From: Mycobacterium tuberculosis H37Rv
Lineage (GTDB): Bacteria; Actinomycetota; Actinomycetes; Mycobacteriales; Mycobacteriaceae
Assembly: GCF_000195955.2 (NCBI RefSeq)
Contig: NC_000962.3
Span: 2,610,001 to 2,642,000 of the forward strand
Direction: 5' to 3'
DNA length: 32,000 nt
The position numbers and the translations under genes are program-made. The notes under the pieces were generated by a model. It was not told the DNA's origin, ran no database searches, and was given only the letters and a program-made list of their open reading frames with translations. This document shows positions 9,582 through 24,098 of this stretch, in pieces (the first letter of the stretch is position 1; every line of letters begins with the position of its first letter).

Positions 9582-10016
9582 ATGGCAGCAGGCACGATGC
9601 CAGTAGGTGGTCGGCAGCACGTTTTCGAGAAGCTGGCCAGCATCCTGGGCTTGGTCGCCGCGCCGCTCATGCTCCTTGGATTGAGTGCCTGCGGCCGCAG
9701 CGCCGGCAAGACCAGCGAACCGACCTGCCCCACGGAGCCGATCGATGCGGCCGACAGCTCGACAACACCGGACCCCTCGTGTGTGGTGCGGGCCACTGAG
9801 ATCAACGGCAACGGGTCGCGCATCCAGACCTGGACCGGCAGCTATGATGCGGCCGCAACCCAGTCCGGTGGTGTGTGTGGTGGCACCTGCAACTTCCACG
9901 CCACAGTGCGGTTCACGGTCGACGAAGGCCAGATCTCGGGCAGCGTCGATCAGGTCTATCAAGCGGCGATGGTTGCTATCGCAACACGCCCCACTTCGCC
10001 ATCTCTGGCACCATGA
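9582..10016 (+). CDS. lppQ: Lipoprotein LppQ
   Basis: Signal peptide with lipobox LLGLSAC (..ASILGLVAAPLMLLGLSACGRS). The ATG at 9582 is preceded by GGGAG; the ATG at 9597 is an equally possible start. The ORF-track start at 9465 overlaps the tRNA and was rejected. Confidence 0.8.
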   Translation: MAAGTMPVGGRQHVFEKLASILGLVAAPLMLLGLSACGRSAGKTSEPTCPTEPIDAADSSTTPDPSCVVRATEINGNGSRIQTWTGSYDAAATQSGGVCGGTCNFHATVRFTVDEGQISGSVDQVYQAAMVAIATRPTSPSLAP

Positions 10017-10235
10017 CGATGACGCGGTGACCATCGCGTGATCCAAGACGTACCTGACGGGCAATAAGCCGATACCAAAGCCGAGCCCGCATCACGCCGA
10101 AACAACCGCGGAGTATCTGCTCGGCGTCGTGAATTGGGTGACCAAGTGGAACCTCGATTGCGTCGAAGGCTGCAAATAGGACATCGGGTACCGCATAACC
10201 GGATCGGGCGCGCGTAGCCAGGCGTGTAAGGCAGG

Positions 10236-10529
10236 ATGGATGCAACCGCACCGTTAGTCGGAGGGACCGCATTGATCGGGTATGTCGCCGTGTTGGGACT
10301 GGGTTACGTGCTGGGCGCAAAAGCCGGGCGCCGCCGCTACGAGCAGATCGCGAGCACCTATCGCGCACTCACCGGCAGCCCCGTGGCCAGGTCGATGATC
10401 GAAGGCGGGCGTCGCAAGATCGCCAATCGGATCTCACCCGATGCTGGGTTTGTGACCCTGGCCGAGATCGACAACCAGACCGCCGTTGTCCAGCGCGGGG
10501 TCGAGCGGCAGCCGAAAACCGCGCGCTGA
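10236..10529 (+). CDS. Small conserved hypothetical membrane protein (Rv2342-like)
   Basis: 97-aa ORF with an N-terminal hydrophobic helix (GGTALIGYVAVLGLGYVLGA) followed by a basic segment. The start is uncertain. Confidence 0.6.
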   Translation: MDATAPLVGGTALIGYVAVLGLGYVLGAKAGRRRYEQIASTYRALTGSPVARSMIEGGRRKIANRISPDAGFVTLAEIDNQTAVVQRGVERQPKTAR

Positions 10530-10532
10530 CCC

Positions 10533-12452
10533 TCACGCGGTGAGATCGTCGCCGCTGGCCTGCTCTAACAGGCTGCGCCGATAGGCCTCCATGGCGACCA
10601 GGTCGCCGAACAGCGCGTGGTATTCGTCGCCTTGCTCGATCGGCGACATGCGCTGCAGTTTGGACTTCACCTCGGCGATCTGCCGCCCCAACCAAACCTC
10701 CTGCAGACGGGCCAGCACGCCGGCGATATAGCGCGGCAGCTTGTCGTCGTCGACCTGAATCGCCTCCACCCCCAGCTCGCTGATCAAAGCCGAGGTCACG
10801 GTTGATGTCGTCTGCTGGCGCACCATATCCAGCCACTGCGCACCGCTAAGGCCAGCCGAGGTACCGCCCGCCGTGTCGATGGCCGCGCGCACAGCCGCGT
10901 ACTCGGGGTGCGTGAAGCCTTCGACGGTCAGCGCGTCGAACACCGGGCCGGCCAACGCCGGGTACTGCAACGCCGATTTGAGTGCCTCACGCTGTGGCCA
11001 CAGGGTCGGGTCACGCGGATCAGGTCGGACTGCGAGTTCGGTCGGGGGGCCGGCGGTGGGCCGCTGCGCTGCCCGGGCGATGGTCGTCGATCCCAGTCTG
11101 CCCAGCCTGGGGTGCTTGGTTCGTTTGGCCTCACCCCGCACCCGACCGATGACCTGTGCGACGTCGGCCCACCCGACCCAGCCGGCGAGCTGACGGGCGT
11201 ATTCGTCACGCAGCGTGGGGTCTTTGATCTGGCCCACCATCGGTACGCAACGGCGCAGCGCGGCCACCCTGCCCTCGGCGCTATCCAGGTCCATCTCGGC
11301 AATCGCGGCGCGAATCGCGAACTCGAACAATGGGGTTCGTCGTGCCACGAGGTCGCGCAGGGCAGCGTCGCCGCACTTCAGTCGTAGGTCGCAGGGGTCC
11401 ATGCCGTCGGGAGCCACCGCGACGAAAGACTGACCAGCCAGCTTCTGCTCACCGTCGAAGGCCTTGAGCGCGGCGGCGCGGCCGGCCTCGTCGCCGTCGA
11501 AAACGTAGATCAGCTCGCCGCGGAAGAAGCTGTCGTCCATCATCAGTCTGCGCAGCATCGCCAGGTGCTCGCCGCCGAATGCGGTCCCGCACGACGCCAC
11601 CGCGGTGGTGACCCCGGCCAGATGCATGGCCATGACATCGGTGTAGCCCTCGACGACGACGGCCTGATGTCCCTTGGCGATGTCGCGTTTGGCCAAGTCG
11701 ATGCCGAACATCACCGATGACTTCTTGTACAGCAATGTCTCGGGCGTGTTGACGTACTTGGCCTCCATCGCGTCGTCGTCGAACAGTCGCCGGGCACCGA
11801 ACCCGACCACCTCGCCGGCCGAGGTGCGGATGGGCCACAGCAGCCGACGGTGAAACCGGTCCATCGGGCCGTGCCGGCCCTGCCGGGACAGTCCCGCGGC
11901 CTCCAGTTCCTCGAACTCAAAACCCTTGCGCTGCAGATGTTTTGTCAATGAGTCCCAGCCCGACGGGGCGAACCCACAGCCGAATTTACGAGCGGCCGCC
12001 GCGTCGAAGCTGCGTTCGGTCAGGTACTGGCGAGCCGGTGCCGCCTCGTCGGACTGCAGCGCCTGCGCATAGAACGCTGCCGCGGCCGCGTTGGCGGCCA
12101 GCAGCCTGCTGCGACTGCCGCGGTCGCGCTGCACGCTGGTGGCCGCACCGGTGTAGCTGATCGTGTGGCCGATCCGGTCGGCAAGCAACTCAACCGCCTC
12201 GACGAAGCTGACGTGCTCGATCTTCTGGATGAACGCATACACGTCGCCGCCCTCGCCGCAGCCGAAGCAGTGGAAGTGGCCGTGGTTGGGCCGCACGTGA
12301 AAGGACGGGGACTTCTCGTTGTGAAACGGGCACAGCCCCTTCAGCGAATCGGCACCGGCACGCCTGAGCTGGACATAGTCGCCGACGACATCCTCGATAC
12401 GGGCCCCCTCGCGGATTGCCGCGATATCGCGATCGGAGATCCGGCCGGACAT
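10533..12452 (-). CDS. dnaG: DNA primase
   Basis: 639 aa. Zinc-ribbon CPFHNEKSPSFHVRPNHGHFHCFGCGEGGD and TOPRIM signature AVVVEGYTDVMA, followed by a DnaB-interaction C-terminal region. Confidence 0.97.
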   Translation of the reverse strand: MSGRISDRDIAAIREGARIEDVVGDYVQLRRAGADSLKGLCPFHNEKSPSFHVRPNHGHFHCFGCGEGGDVYAFIQKIEHVSFVEAVELLADRIGHTISYTGAATSVQRDRGSRSRLLAANAAAAAFYAQALQSDEAAPARQYLTERSFDAAAARKFGCGFAPSGWDSLTKHLQRKGFEFEELEAAGLSRQGRHGPMDRFHRRLLWPIRTSAGEVVGFGARRLFDDDAMEAKYVNTPETLLYKKSSVMFGIDLAKRDIAKGHQAVVVEGYTDVMAMHLAGVTTAVASCGTAFGGEHLAMLRRLMMDDSFFRGELIYVFDGDEAGRAAALKAFDGEQKLAGQSFVAVAPDGMDPCDLRLKCGDAALRDLVARRTPLFEFAIRAAIAEMDLDSAEGRVAALRRCVPMVGQIKDPTLRDEYARQLAGWVGWADVAQVIGRVRGEAKRTKHPRLGRLGSTTIARAAQRPTAGPPTELAVRPDPRDPTLWPQREALKSALQYPALAGPVFDALTVEGFTHPEYAAVRAAIDTAGGTSAGLSGAQWLDMVRQQTTSTVTSALISELGVEAIQVDDDKLPRYIAGVLARLQEVWLGRQIAEVKSKLQRMSPIEQGDEYHALFGDLVAMEAYRRSLLEQASGDDLTA

Positions 12453-12456
12453 CGGC

Positions 12457-13752
12457 TCAGTCTAAAGCGTTCCTGCTGACGCCAAGCTGATCGGCATCGA
12501 TGCGTTCCAACCGACCCTCGGTATAGGAGGCGATCTGATCAACGACGACCCGCAACCGGGCAGCGTCGTCGGCGGCGGTATTGAACGCAGCGGCATAAAC
12601 CGGGTCGAGCGTCTGCGGCGCCCCCGAGTACAGCCTGTGCGCCACCCGGTGAATACGTTCGCGCTGCCGTGCCTGGGTTTCCAGATGCCGAGGGTCGGAC
12701 ATGATGAACTGCAGCGCGAGGATTTTCAGTACCGCGACCTCGGCACGTACCAGATCGGGCACCTGCAGGTCGGCCCGGAAGCGCACCAACGGTCCCGGAC
12801 CGGCCGCGGCCCGGGTGGTCGCGATCGCGGCCGATGCAAAGCGGCCCACCAGCTCGCTGGTCAACCGCTTGAGCGCGACCGATGCCGACAAGGTGGCGTC
12901 ATACTTGCCGACGGCGGCCACCACGGGCAGCCGCGACAGCCGCCGCGCGGCCGCCATCAACTCGTCGGCGCTCACCCGGGAGAACTCGCGCTCCCCTAAC
13001 CTGGCCAGCGCGGCAGCGTCCTCTTCGGCGGCCAGCACACGCAGGTCGATGCGTTCGGAGACAACGCCGTCCTCGACGTCGTGAACCGAGTAGGCGACGT
13101 CGTCGGCCCAGTCCATCACCTGCGCTTCCAGGCACGCCCGCTCCGGGGGCGCGCCTTGCCGAACCCATACCGCCGATTCGCGGTCGTCGTCGTAGAAGCC
13201 GAACTTCCTCCGCTGGCTGCCAAGCCCGTCACCACGCATCCACGGATACTTGGTGACCGCGTCCAGGGACGCGCGAGTTAGGTTCAGCCCCGCACTAAGT
13301 CCTTGTGCGTCAACTACTTTGGGCTCAAGGCTGGTCAAGATACGGAAGTTCTGCGCGTTGCCCTCGAAACCGCCGTGGCTGGCTGCGACTTCATCAAGCG
13401 CCCGCTCACCGTTGTGTCCATACGGCGGGTGCCCGATGTCATGGGCTAGACCGGCCAATTCGACCAGATCAAGGTCGCAGCCCAGCCCGATCGCCATTCC
13501 CCGTCCGATCTGAGCCACTTCCAGCGAGTGGGTCAGCCGGGTACGCGGCGTATCCCCTTCCCGGGGTCCGACCACCTGGGTCTTGTCGGCTAGCCGGCGC
13601 AGTGCGGCGCTGTGCAGCACCCGGGCCCGGTCCCGGGCGAAGTCGGAGCGGTACTGACCCTCAGTGCCCGGCAGACCGGCAGTCTTTGGCGCTTCGGCTA
13701 CCCGCCGCTGGCGGTCGAAGTCGTCGTAGGGGTCGTGCTCACTCGCGCTCAC
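12457..13752 (-). CDS. dgt: dGTP triphosphohydrolase-like HD-domain protein
   Basis: 431 aa. HD-domain motifs [16 protein letters not shown] and [15 protein letters not shown]. Its stop lies 4 nt upstream of the dnaG start, the conserved dgt-dnaG arrangement. Confidence 0.95.
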   Translation of the reverse strand: MSASEHDPYDDFDRQRRVAEAPKTAGLPGTEGQYRSDFARDRARVLHSAALRRLADKTQVVGPREGDTPRTRLTHSLEVAQIGRGMAIGLGCDLDLVELAGLAHDIGHPPYGHNGERALDEVAASHGGFEGNAQNFRILTSLEPKVVDAQGLSAGLNLTRASLDAVTKYPWMRGDGLGSQRRKFGFYDDDRESAVWVRQGAPPERACLEAQVMDWADDVAYSVHDVEDGVVSERIDLRVLAAEEDAAALARLGEREFSRVSADELMAAARRLSRLPVVAAVGKYDATLSASVALKRLTSELVGRFASAAIATTRAAAGPGPLVRFRADLQVPDLVRAEVAVLKILALQFIMSDPRHLETQARQRERIHRVAHRLYSGAPQTLDPVYAAAFNTAADDAARLRVVVDQIASYTEGRLERIDADQLGVSRNALD

Positions 13753-13820
13753 CGACCCACAGTCTGCCAGGGTGGTCGCCGCACGCCCGTATCCGCCGGC
13801 ACAGCGTCTAAATTGACGGT

Positions 13821-15803
13821 ATGCGTCTCGTTCGCCTGCTCGGCATGGTCCTGACTATCCTCGCCGCCGGGCTGCTGCTGGGGCCGCCCGCTGGCGCGCA
13901 ACCACCTTTCCGGCTGTCGAACTACGTGACCGACAACGCGGGCGTGCTGACTAGCTCCGGTCGCACCGCGGTGACGGCGGCCGTCGACCGGCTCTATGCC
14001 GATCGCCGCATCCGACTGTGGGTGGTCTACGTCGAGAACTTCTCCGGTCAGAGTGCGCTCAACTGGGCGCAGCGCACGACGCGGACTAGCGAGCTGGGTA
14101 ACTATGACGCGCTTCTGGCCGTGGCCACCACCGGTCGCGAATATGCCTTTCTAGTGCCATCCGCGATGCCGGGTGTCAGCGAGGGGCAGGTCGACAACGT
14201 GCGGCGCTATCAGATCGAACCGGCGCTGCACGACGGCGACTACAGCGGCGCGGCCGTTGCGGCGGCGAACGGACTCAACCGGTCACCCAGTTCGTCGAGT
14301 CGAGTGGTGTTGTTGGTCACGGTCGGCATCATCGTCATCGTCGTCGCGGTCCTGCTGGTGGTGATGCGCCACCGCAACCGGCGGCGCCGCGCCGACGAGC
14401 TGGCCGCGGCACGCCGCGTCGACCCTACCAACGTAATGGCACTGGCCGCCGTGCCGCTTCAGGCCCTCGATGACCTCTCCCGGTCGATGGTGGTAGACGT
14501 CGACAACGCCGTGCGCACCAGCACCAACGAGCTCGCGCTGGCCATCGAGGAGTTCGGCGAACGGCGAACCGCACCGTTTACCCAAGCGGTGAACAACGCC
14601 AAAGCGGCTCTGTCCCAGGCGTTCACCGTACGCCAACAACTTGATGACAACACGCCCGAGACGCCGGCGCAGCGACGTGAGCTACTCACCCGAGTGATCG
14701 TGTCGGCGGCGCACGCCGACCGTGAACTCGCGTCGCAAACCGAGGCCTTCGAGAAGCTACGCGATTTGGTGATCAACGCCCCGGCCCGGCTTGATCTGCT
14801 CACCCAGCAGTACGTCGAACTGACCACCCGGATCGGCCCGACTCAGCAACGCCTGGCCGAGCTGCATACCGAATTCGACGCTGCGGCGATGACGTCGATC
14901 GCCGGCAATGTCACCACCGCCACCGAGCGGCTGGCGTTCGCCGACCGTAACATCAGCGCGGCTCGGGATCTGGCCGACCAGGCAGTGAGCGGACGGCAAG
15001 CCGGACTGGTGGATGCGGTGCGTGCCGCCGAGTCGGCACTCGGGCAAGCCCGGGCGCTGCTCGACGCGGTGGACAGCGCCGCCACCGACATCCGGCACGC
15101 CGTCGCGTCGCTGCCGGCGGTCGTGGCCGACATCCAGACGGGCATCAAGCGAGCCAACCAACACCTACAGCAGGCGCAACAACCCCAAACCGGGCGCACC
15201 GGTGACCTGATCGCAGCCCGCGATGCGGCGGCCAGGGCCCTCGATCGCGCGCGCGGAGCCGCCGATCCGTTGACCGCATTTGACCAGTTGACCAAGGTCG
15301 ACGCTGACCTCGACCGGCTGCTCGCCACCCTGGCCGAAGAACAGGCAACCGCCGATCGGCTCAACCGCTCACTTGAGCAGGCGCTGTTTACCGCGGAGTC
15401 GCGGGTGCGCGCCGTCTCGGAGTACATCGACACCCGCCGCGGCAGCATCGGGCCGGAGGCCCGGACCCGGCTGGCCGAGGCGAAACGGCAGCTGGAAGCC
15501 GCACATGACCGGAAATCGAGCAACCCGACCGAAGCGATCGCCTACGCTAACGCGGCATCGACGCTGGCCGCACATGCGCAGTCGCTGGCCAATGCCGACG
15601 TGCAATCCGCCCAGCGCGCATACACCCGTCGTGGGGGCAACAACGCCGGCGCGATCCTCGGTGGCATCATCATCGGCGACCTGCTTAGCGGAGGCACCAG
15701 AGGCGGGTTGGGTGGATGGATCCCCACGTCGTTCGGCGGTTCGTCGAACGCGCCGGGAAGTTCACCCGACGGCGGGTTCTTGGGCGGCGGCGGGCGGTTC
15801 TAA
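13821..15803 (+). CDS. TPM-domain membrane protein with long coiled-coil region and Gly-rich tail (Rv2345-like)
   Basis: 660 aa. It has a signal-like N-terminus and a TPM-phosphatase-like segment ([53 protein letters not shown]). These are followed by a TM helix ([20 protein letters not shown]), an Ala/Arg/Gln-rich helical region and a GG-rich C-terminus. Confidence 0.85.
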   Translation: MRLVRLLGMVLTILAAGLLLGPPAGAQPPFRLSNYVTDNAGVLTSSGRTAVTAAVDRLYADRRIRLWVVYVENFSGQSALNWAQRTTRTSELGNYDALLAVATTGREYAFLVPSAMPGVSEGQVDNVRRYQIEPALHDGDYSGAAVAAANGLNRSPSSSSRVVLLVTVGIIVIVVAVLLVVMRHRNRRRRADELAAARRVDPTNVMALAAVPLQALDDLSRSMVVDVDNAVRTSTNELALAIEEFGERRTAPFTQAVNNAKAALSQAFTVRQQLDDNTPETPAQRRELLTRVIVSAAHADRELASQTEAFEKLRDLVINAPARLDLLTQQYVELTTRIGPTQQRLAELHTEFDAAAMTSIAGNVTTATERLAFADRNISAARDLADQAVSGRQAGLVDAVRAAESALGQARALLDAVDSAATDIRHAVASLPAVVADIQTGIKRANQHLQQAQQPQTGRTGDLIAARDAAARALDRARGAADPLTAFDQLTKVDADLDRLLATLAEEQATADRLNRSLEQALFTAESRVRAVSEYIDTRRGSIGPEARTRLAEAKRQLEAAHDRKSSNPTEAIAYANAASTLAAHAQSLANADVQSAQRAYTRRGGNNAGAILGGIIIGDLLSGGTRGGLGGWIPTSFGGSSNAPGSSPDGGFLGGGGRF

Positions 15804-15804
15804 G

Positions 15805-15846
15805 CCACGCGCCAGCGCACGGGGATACCCGTACGCTGGCGCGTGT
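15805..15846. terminator. Long GC-rich hairpin between convergent Rv2345 and esxO (candidate bidirectional terminator)
   Basis: Hand-paired. 15806-15817 (CACGCGCCAGCG) pairs perfectly with 15834-15845 (CGCTGGCGCGTG), giving 12 bp. An inner 5-bp stem pairs 15819-15823 with 15828-15832 around the loop GATA. The hairpin starts 2 nt after the Rv2345 stop. There is no U-tract, as is common in mycobacteria. Confidence 0.55.
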
Positions 15847-15887
15847 GGCCGTCGACCTAGGCTTCTTCCTAGGGTTCGTCGACCCTG

Positions 15888-16172
15888 TCAGGCCCAGCTG
15901 GAGCCGACGGCGCTGTCGGTTTGTGCCATGTTGTTGCCGGCAGCCTGCACCTTCTGCCCGTGGGCGTTGGCCTGCTCGTAGATCACCTGGAAGTTACGGC
16001 CCAGCTGGGTGATGAACTCCTGGCAAGCCACCGAACCGGCGCCGCCCCAAAAGTCACCCGCGGCCAACACATCACGAACGATGGCCTGATGCTCCGCCTC
16101 CAGCAACCCGGCCTGAGCGCGGATCATGGCGCCATGAGCGTCGACATCACCGAACTGATAGTTGATGGTCAT
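15888..16172 (-). CDS. esxO: ESAT-6-like WXG100 protein (Mtb9.9 subfamily)
   Basis: 94 aa, MTINYQFGDVDAHGAMIRAQAGLLEAEHQAI..FWGGAGS. The minus-strand SD GAAGGAGAA lies upstream. Confidence 0.95.
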   Translation of the reverse strand: MTINYQFGDVDAHGAMIRAQAGLLEAEHQAIVRDVLAAGDFWGGAGSVACQEFITQLGRNFQVIYEQANAHGQKVQAAGNNMAQTDSAVGSSWA

Positions 16173-16222
16173 CGAACCTGTTCTCCTTCGCTTGTAAAAG
16201 TATTGTGCTGCAGCGGCTGACG

Positions 16223-16564
<342 letters not shown>

Positions 16565-16653
16565 TCATGCACATTGACTGTTGTCATAGCCGGCCGCGGG
16601 AACACCGAGACCGCCGATCACTGGTCAAATAACGACAGTCTGCGCCCCCTCTC

Positions 16654-16980
16654 CTAGCCGGCCGCCGGAGAATGCGGAATCACGCTGCTGCTACTCCGTG
16701 GCACCTCAAAGCGGGGTTCAGCGTTCTCCGCCACCCACTCGTTCCACGCCTGCCACTCATCCCACTCGTCCATGGCCGCGGCCTCTGCGTCCGCCCCTTC
16801 GGCCGCCTGGACATCGACATCGGCGCCGTCCTCCGGCGCAGGCGCCCAGTGGTCATAATCATCGGGTGGCACAGCCACTCCCCAGCTGAGCGGAACCGAC
16901 AACCCGCCGAGCATTCCCGACTCAGCCCGTTTCGCCACCACCGCGTCGGGCGGCAAAGGCGGACCAAGAGGCAAAAGCAC
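16654..16980 (-). CDS. Hypothetical acidic Trp-rich protein (Rv2348c-like); probable C-terminal relic of a PPE-SVP protein
   Basis: 108-aa ORF with a GTG start at 16980. It contains GGLSVPLSW, matching the PPE-SVP subfamily motif GxxSVPxxW. It is co-oriented with, and directly upstream of, esxP-esxO. Confidence 0.65.
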   Translation of the reverse strand: MLLPLGPPLPPDAVVAKRAESGMLGGLSVPLSWGVAVPPDDYDHWAPAPEDGADVDVQAAEGADAEAAAMDEWDEWQAWNEWVAENAEPRFEVPRSSSSVIPHSPAAG

Positions 16981-17171
16981 GTTGTCCCCTTCCAGGCCAG
17001 GGTCTCAACACATCCACACTCAATGGCTAAACACGAACCACCAAGCACTCAGCATCGTATGACAATCCGCGGACAATATCCCGGGTTTTCTAATTTCGCT
17101 GCCATGAGCCCGTCCAGCGGCCCTGGCGCGGGTTTCGACCTAGCCAACCGTTACGTCTGAACCATCCCCGG

Positions 17172-20319
<3,148 letters not shown>

Positions 20320-20536
20320 TCCGTCGACGGGGTGTTCGCTCCCCACGCGCCCTCCTTGACGGCCCACACGGCCATTGCTGATCACGGTATAGTTGCGGCC
20401 GCGATCGGCTATGCCTTGCCGACCGGCGTGTCGTGTTCTGATTCCGCCTGCCTGCCGGGGCGGGCGCGGGATTGGTGCGGGCGATTTGCTCGCGCACATG
20501 CAAGCAAATCGAACGCCGGGAGATTACCGGGAAATT

Positions 20537-22075
20537 TCAGCTGCACAGCCCGCTGGGAGTCCCGCGGACGGGTGTGGTTTCCTGAGTTGGCATCACCTGC
20601 GGATAGGGCACCCGATAGGGAATGCTCGGCAACGCGCCGTCGGTGGTTCCCAACACCACGTTAGGGATGCACTGCGGCAGCTTCGGCAGCGCTCCCAGCA
20701 ACGGGTGGCTCAAGTTGGGTCTGGTCGAATTCGGTGGAGTCGCAAAGTTGAACGCTGAGGTCATGTCGCCAACCACGCCGTCGCGCCAGGCGGTCATGTT
20801 GGGAACCGGCACGCCGAACCGGGCGCGAATCAACTTCAATTGCGAGGTGTGGTCGAACGTGTCGGAGACCATCAGCGGGCCGCGGCTGTACGGCGAAATG
20901 ACAATGCAGGGAACGCGAAAACCCAGACCGAGCGGACCACGAATGCCACCGGACCCGGGTACTGCGTCGATGTTGGGCACCGTGACGAATTCGCCGGGTG
21001 TCCCGGGCGGTGCCGTGGGGGGCGTGACGTGGTCGAAGAAGCCGCCGTTCTCGTCATAGCTGACGATAAGTGCGGTCTTTTCCCACACCGCGGGATTGGA
21101 CAGCAAGATCCGCAGCGCGGTCACCATGGACACCGCGCCAAGCGCTACCGGCAGGGCGGGGTGTTCGGACTGCAGGATGTTGGGAACTAACCAGGAGACC
21201 TTGGGTAGCCGGTTGGCCCTGACGTCGGCAGCGAAGTCCCCAGGGTAGGTCGGGGCGATACCGTAGCGGGCCAAGTTCGACCTCGGATCAGCTGCCTGGC
21301 GGAAGGCCTGCACCAGCCCGTTATTGCTGATGGGCGTGTTGATGAATCGCCCGAGGCCCTTGTTCTGGTACACCTTCCAGCTGACCCCGGCATCTTCGAG
21401 GTTTTCCGGCATGATGCGCCAACTGAATTGCTGCAGCGGCAGGAAGCCCGGCTCTACCAATTGGGGTCCCCCGTCGGTGCCGGCGGGGTCGATGTTGGCG
21501 CTCAACCAGTAGAGCCGGTTGGGCAGGGTGCCCGTCAGCAGCGAGCAATGGTAGCCGTCGCAGATGGTGAACGTGTCGGCCAGCAGATAGTGGATCGGGA
21601 TGTCTTGGCGCGTGTAGTAACCCATGGTCAAAGGGACATATGGTCCTGCGCGGGTGGTCGCCTGCGCCGGCAGCCAGTTGTCGTTGGCACCACCGTTCCA
21701 GGCCAGGTGCATCCCCACCCACTGGTGCTCGGGGTCGTTGACGCACTCGCCGTCCAGGAAGGGGCCTCGGGTGGTGTCCAAGCGGAACGGAATGGTGACC
21801 CCGGCGGGGTCCAACGCCTGCGTCATGGGGTTCCAACCCATTTGTTGGAATGCCGGCGACGCGGCGTTGAACCCATTGGTGCTGGAAAGCGTTCCGAAAT
21901 AGTGGTCGAATGACCGGTTCTCCTGCATCAGCAACACGATATGCTCGATGTCGGTCAAATGTCCGGGACAAGGCCCGGCGCCGTAGGCCTTTTCAATCAC
22001 CGGTGCAGCCCAGTCCATCAGGAATGCCGCTGCGCCTGCGCCAGTGAGCTTTGTCAAAAACTCTCGACGTGACAT
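20537..22075 (-). CDS. plcA: Phospholipase C 1
   Basis: 512 aa from the ATG at 22075 ([19 protein letters not shown] Tat signal). An alternative start lies 8 codons upstream at 22099. Confidence 0.93.
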   Translation of the reverse strand: MSRREFLTKLTGAGAAAFLMDWAAPVIEKAYGAGPCPGHLTDIEHIVLLMQENRSFDHYFGTLSSTNGFNAASPAFQQMGWNPMTQALDPAGVTIPFRLDTTRGPFLDGECVNDPEHQWVGMHLAWNGGANDNWLPAQATTRAGPYVPLTMGYYTRQDIPIHYLLADTFTICDGYHCSLLTGTLPNRLYWLSANIDPAGTDGGPQLVEPGFLPLQQFSWRIMPENLEDAGVSWKVYQNKGLGRFINTPISNNGLVQAFRQAADPRSNLARYGIAPTYPGDFAADVRANRLPKVSWLVPNILQSEHPALPVALGAVSMVTALRILLSNPAVWEKTALIVSYDENGGFFDHVTPPTAPPGTPGEFVTVPNIDAVPGSGGIRGPLGLGFRVPCIVISPYSRGPLMVSDTFDHTSQLKLIRARFGVPVPNMTAWRDGVVGDMTSAFNFATPPNSTRPNLSHPLLGALPKLPQCIPNVVLGTTDGALPSIPYRVPYPQVMPTQETTPVRGTPSGLCS

Positions 22076-22922
22076 TCCGAGGAGTGGGCTTGCGCTCACT
22101 TGCCCTGCCTTCCTGCACTCAGCTCAGATCACGTTATAGTGACGACAGCGGTCCATCGCGATACGCCAACCGGCGTGTCGCACGCGGATTTTCGCGTTCC
22201 AGCAACCGCAACCGCACCGTTTGGCGCGGCCGACGGCCGTCTAGGGGATATCGCAGCGGGAAGGGTGCCGTAACCATGATTGTCGCTGGGTATCGGGCAC
22301 TCGCCGACAGTAAAAAATTATTCGAATCCCGCATTCCTGACAAAACTTGATATGACCGATCTCACCGGCCGGCTTCGGCGCTTAAGTCACTAGACAGTTC
22401 GAGGTCAGCGACGGGATATCGCGCTATCGGTAAACTAATTTCGTATCTGCCCAACCGCGCCGCCAATGCAGCGTCCGTACCATGTGGACTACGGTGCTGA
22501 TGTTGACTCTGGTGGCGACGGCTGACACCGTCCGGATCCGAACTGGCGTTCTTTTGTCCGCCCATTGCTTGCATTCTGGCTCCGGGGCATAGCGACAAGT
22601 GTTGCCCTGGCTGTTGACGTGCTCTTCGGGCAAGCGGACTTCACGCTTTCAAGCGTGCACTCGGCCGAACTTGCCAGCGCGAACTCCACCAGCGGACACC
22701 TTCAGATCGCGATGGTTGTGCTGGCGCTGCTGATCGCCGGGCTCACGGCCGGAGGGGCTTTCCGCATGGCCAGCGGACTGGGCCACGCCTAAAGACTTAG
22801 CTCTCTTTCGCGAGCGCGACCGCTTCGGTGCACTTCATTTCGCCGACAATCACGGCACCAAGGCCAGGGATTTCCAACGACGTCGCCGCCGCGATGACTC
22901 CCGCGTCGACGCGCCCTGCGCG

Positions 22923-24098
22923 CTATCCGATCCCGACCCGCGGCACCACACTGGGCCGAGCCTGCACCACATGCGGATTTGCGCCACCGCGGCCCATCAT
23001 CCCGGCCGGCATACCCGCCCCAGCACCCCCCATACCCATCGGCATCGGCATCATCCCCATGGGCCCGCCTGCCGCCGGCACCTCAGCAGGCATAGCCCCC
23101 AAACCCGCCATCGCCGAACTGGCCATCCGCGCAGGAACCGACCCCTCCCAGGTCGGAGGCACCGACATCGCCCCCACCAACCGCGCCTTACCCAACTCCG
23201 CCGACATCCCCGCACCCAGACCACCGGCACCACCTAGGCCCGTCCCCGAAGCGATATCACCGGCAAACGTCGGCACATCCGCCGCAGCCAACCCCGCAGC
23301 CTCCGCACCGGCCAACCCAGCCGTGTTGGCCGTAGTCCCCATCTGCGCCAACTGCATCATCGGCCCAATCAACATACTGGCCGGATACGCCGCGGCCTGC
23401 CCCACCTGCAGCGCCGCATCCACCGGCAACCCCGCCGCCACCGACTGCGCCGCAGCCACCACAGCCGGCACCCCCTCCACCGCACCCTCCGCGATCGGAG
23501 ACAACGCAGCCGAAACCGACGTCGCCATCCCGGTCAACTGCGCACCGGCCTGGGAAGCCAACCCCGCCAAATCCAGCGGCGGCACACTAAACGGCGTCAA
23601 CGTCTCAGCCACCGCCGCCGCCCCCGCGTGATACCCCACCATCGCACCCACGTCCTGAGCCCACATCTCCACATAATCGAACTCAGTGGCCGCAATCGCC
23701 GGCGTGTTCTGACCCAAAATGTTCGTCGCCACCAACGCCCCCAACAACACCCGATTCGCCGTCACCGCCGCCGGATGCACCGTGGCCGCCAACGCCGCCT
23801 CAAACGCCGTCGCCGCCGCGGTAGCCTGACCAGCCGACAACTCCGCCTGCCCGGCCGCCGCACTCAACCACCCCACATACGGCGCCGCCGCCCCCGCCAT
23901 CGCCACCGACGCCGGACCCGACCACGGCCCAGCCGCCAACCCGGCGATCACCGCATCAAACGAGGACGCCGAGGCCCGCAAATCCGCAGCCAACCCCTCC
24001 CACGCCGCCGCCGCCATAAACAACGGCCCCGACCCCGCACCGGCATAGATCCGCGCCGAGTTGATCTCCGGCGGCAACCACGAAAAATCCAAAATCAT
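22923..24098 (-). CDS. PPE38: PPE family protein (SVP subfamily), PPE38
   Basis: 391 aa from the ATG at 24098. The N-terminus [26 protein letters not shown] is a PPE domain, and the SVP motif GAMSVPPTW lies near the C-terminus, followed by a Met/Gly/Pro-rich tail. Confidence 0.92.
   Translation of the reverse strand: MILDFSWLPPEINSARIYAGAGSGPLFMAAAAWEGLAADLRASASSFDAVIAGLAAGPWSGPASVAMAGAAAPYVGWLSAAAGQAELSAGQATAAATAFEAALAATVHPAAVTANRVLLGALVATNILGQNTPAIAATEFDYVEMWAQDVGAMVGYHAGAAAVAETLTPFSVPPLDLAGLASQAGAQLTGMATSVSAALSPIAEGAVEGVPAVVAAAQSVAAGLPVDAALQVGQAAAYPASMLIGPMMQLAQMGTTANTAGLAGAEAAGLAAADVPTFAGDIASGTGLGGAGGLGAGMSAELGKARLVGAMSVPPTWEGSVPARMASSAMAGLGAMPAEVPAAGGPMGMMPMPMGMGGAGAGMPAGMMGRGGANPHVVQARPSVVPRVGIG

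Noticed and set aside
9976-10368. 130-aa minus-strand ORF overlapping the lppQ end and Rv2342
   Set aside because: It is Arg-rich and overlaps two better-supported plus-strand genes, so it is likely spurious.
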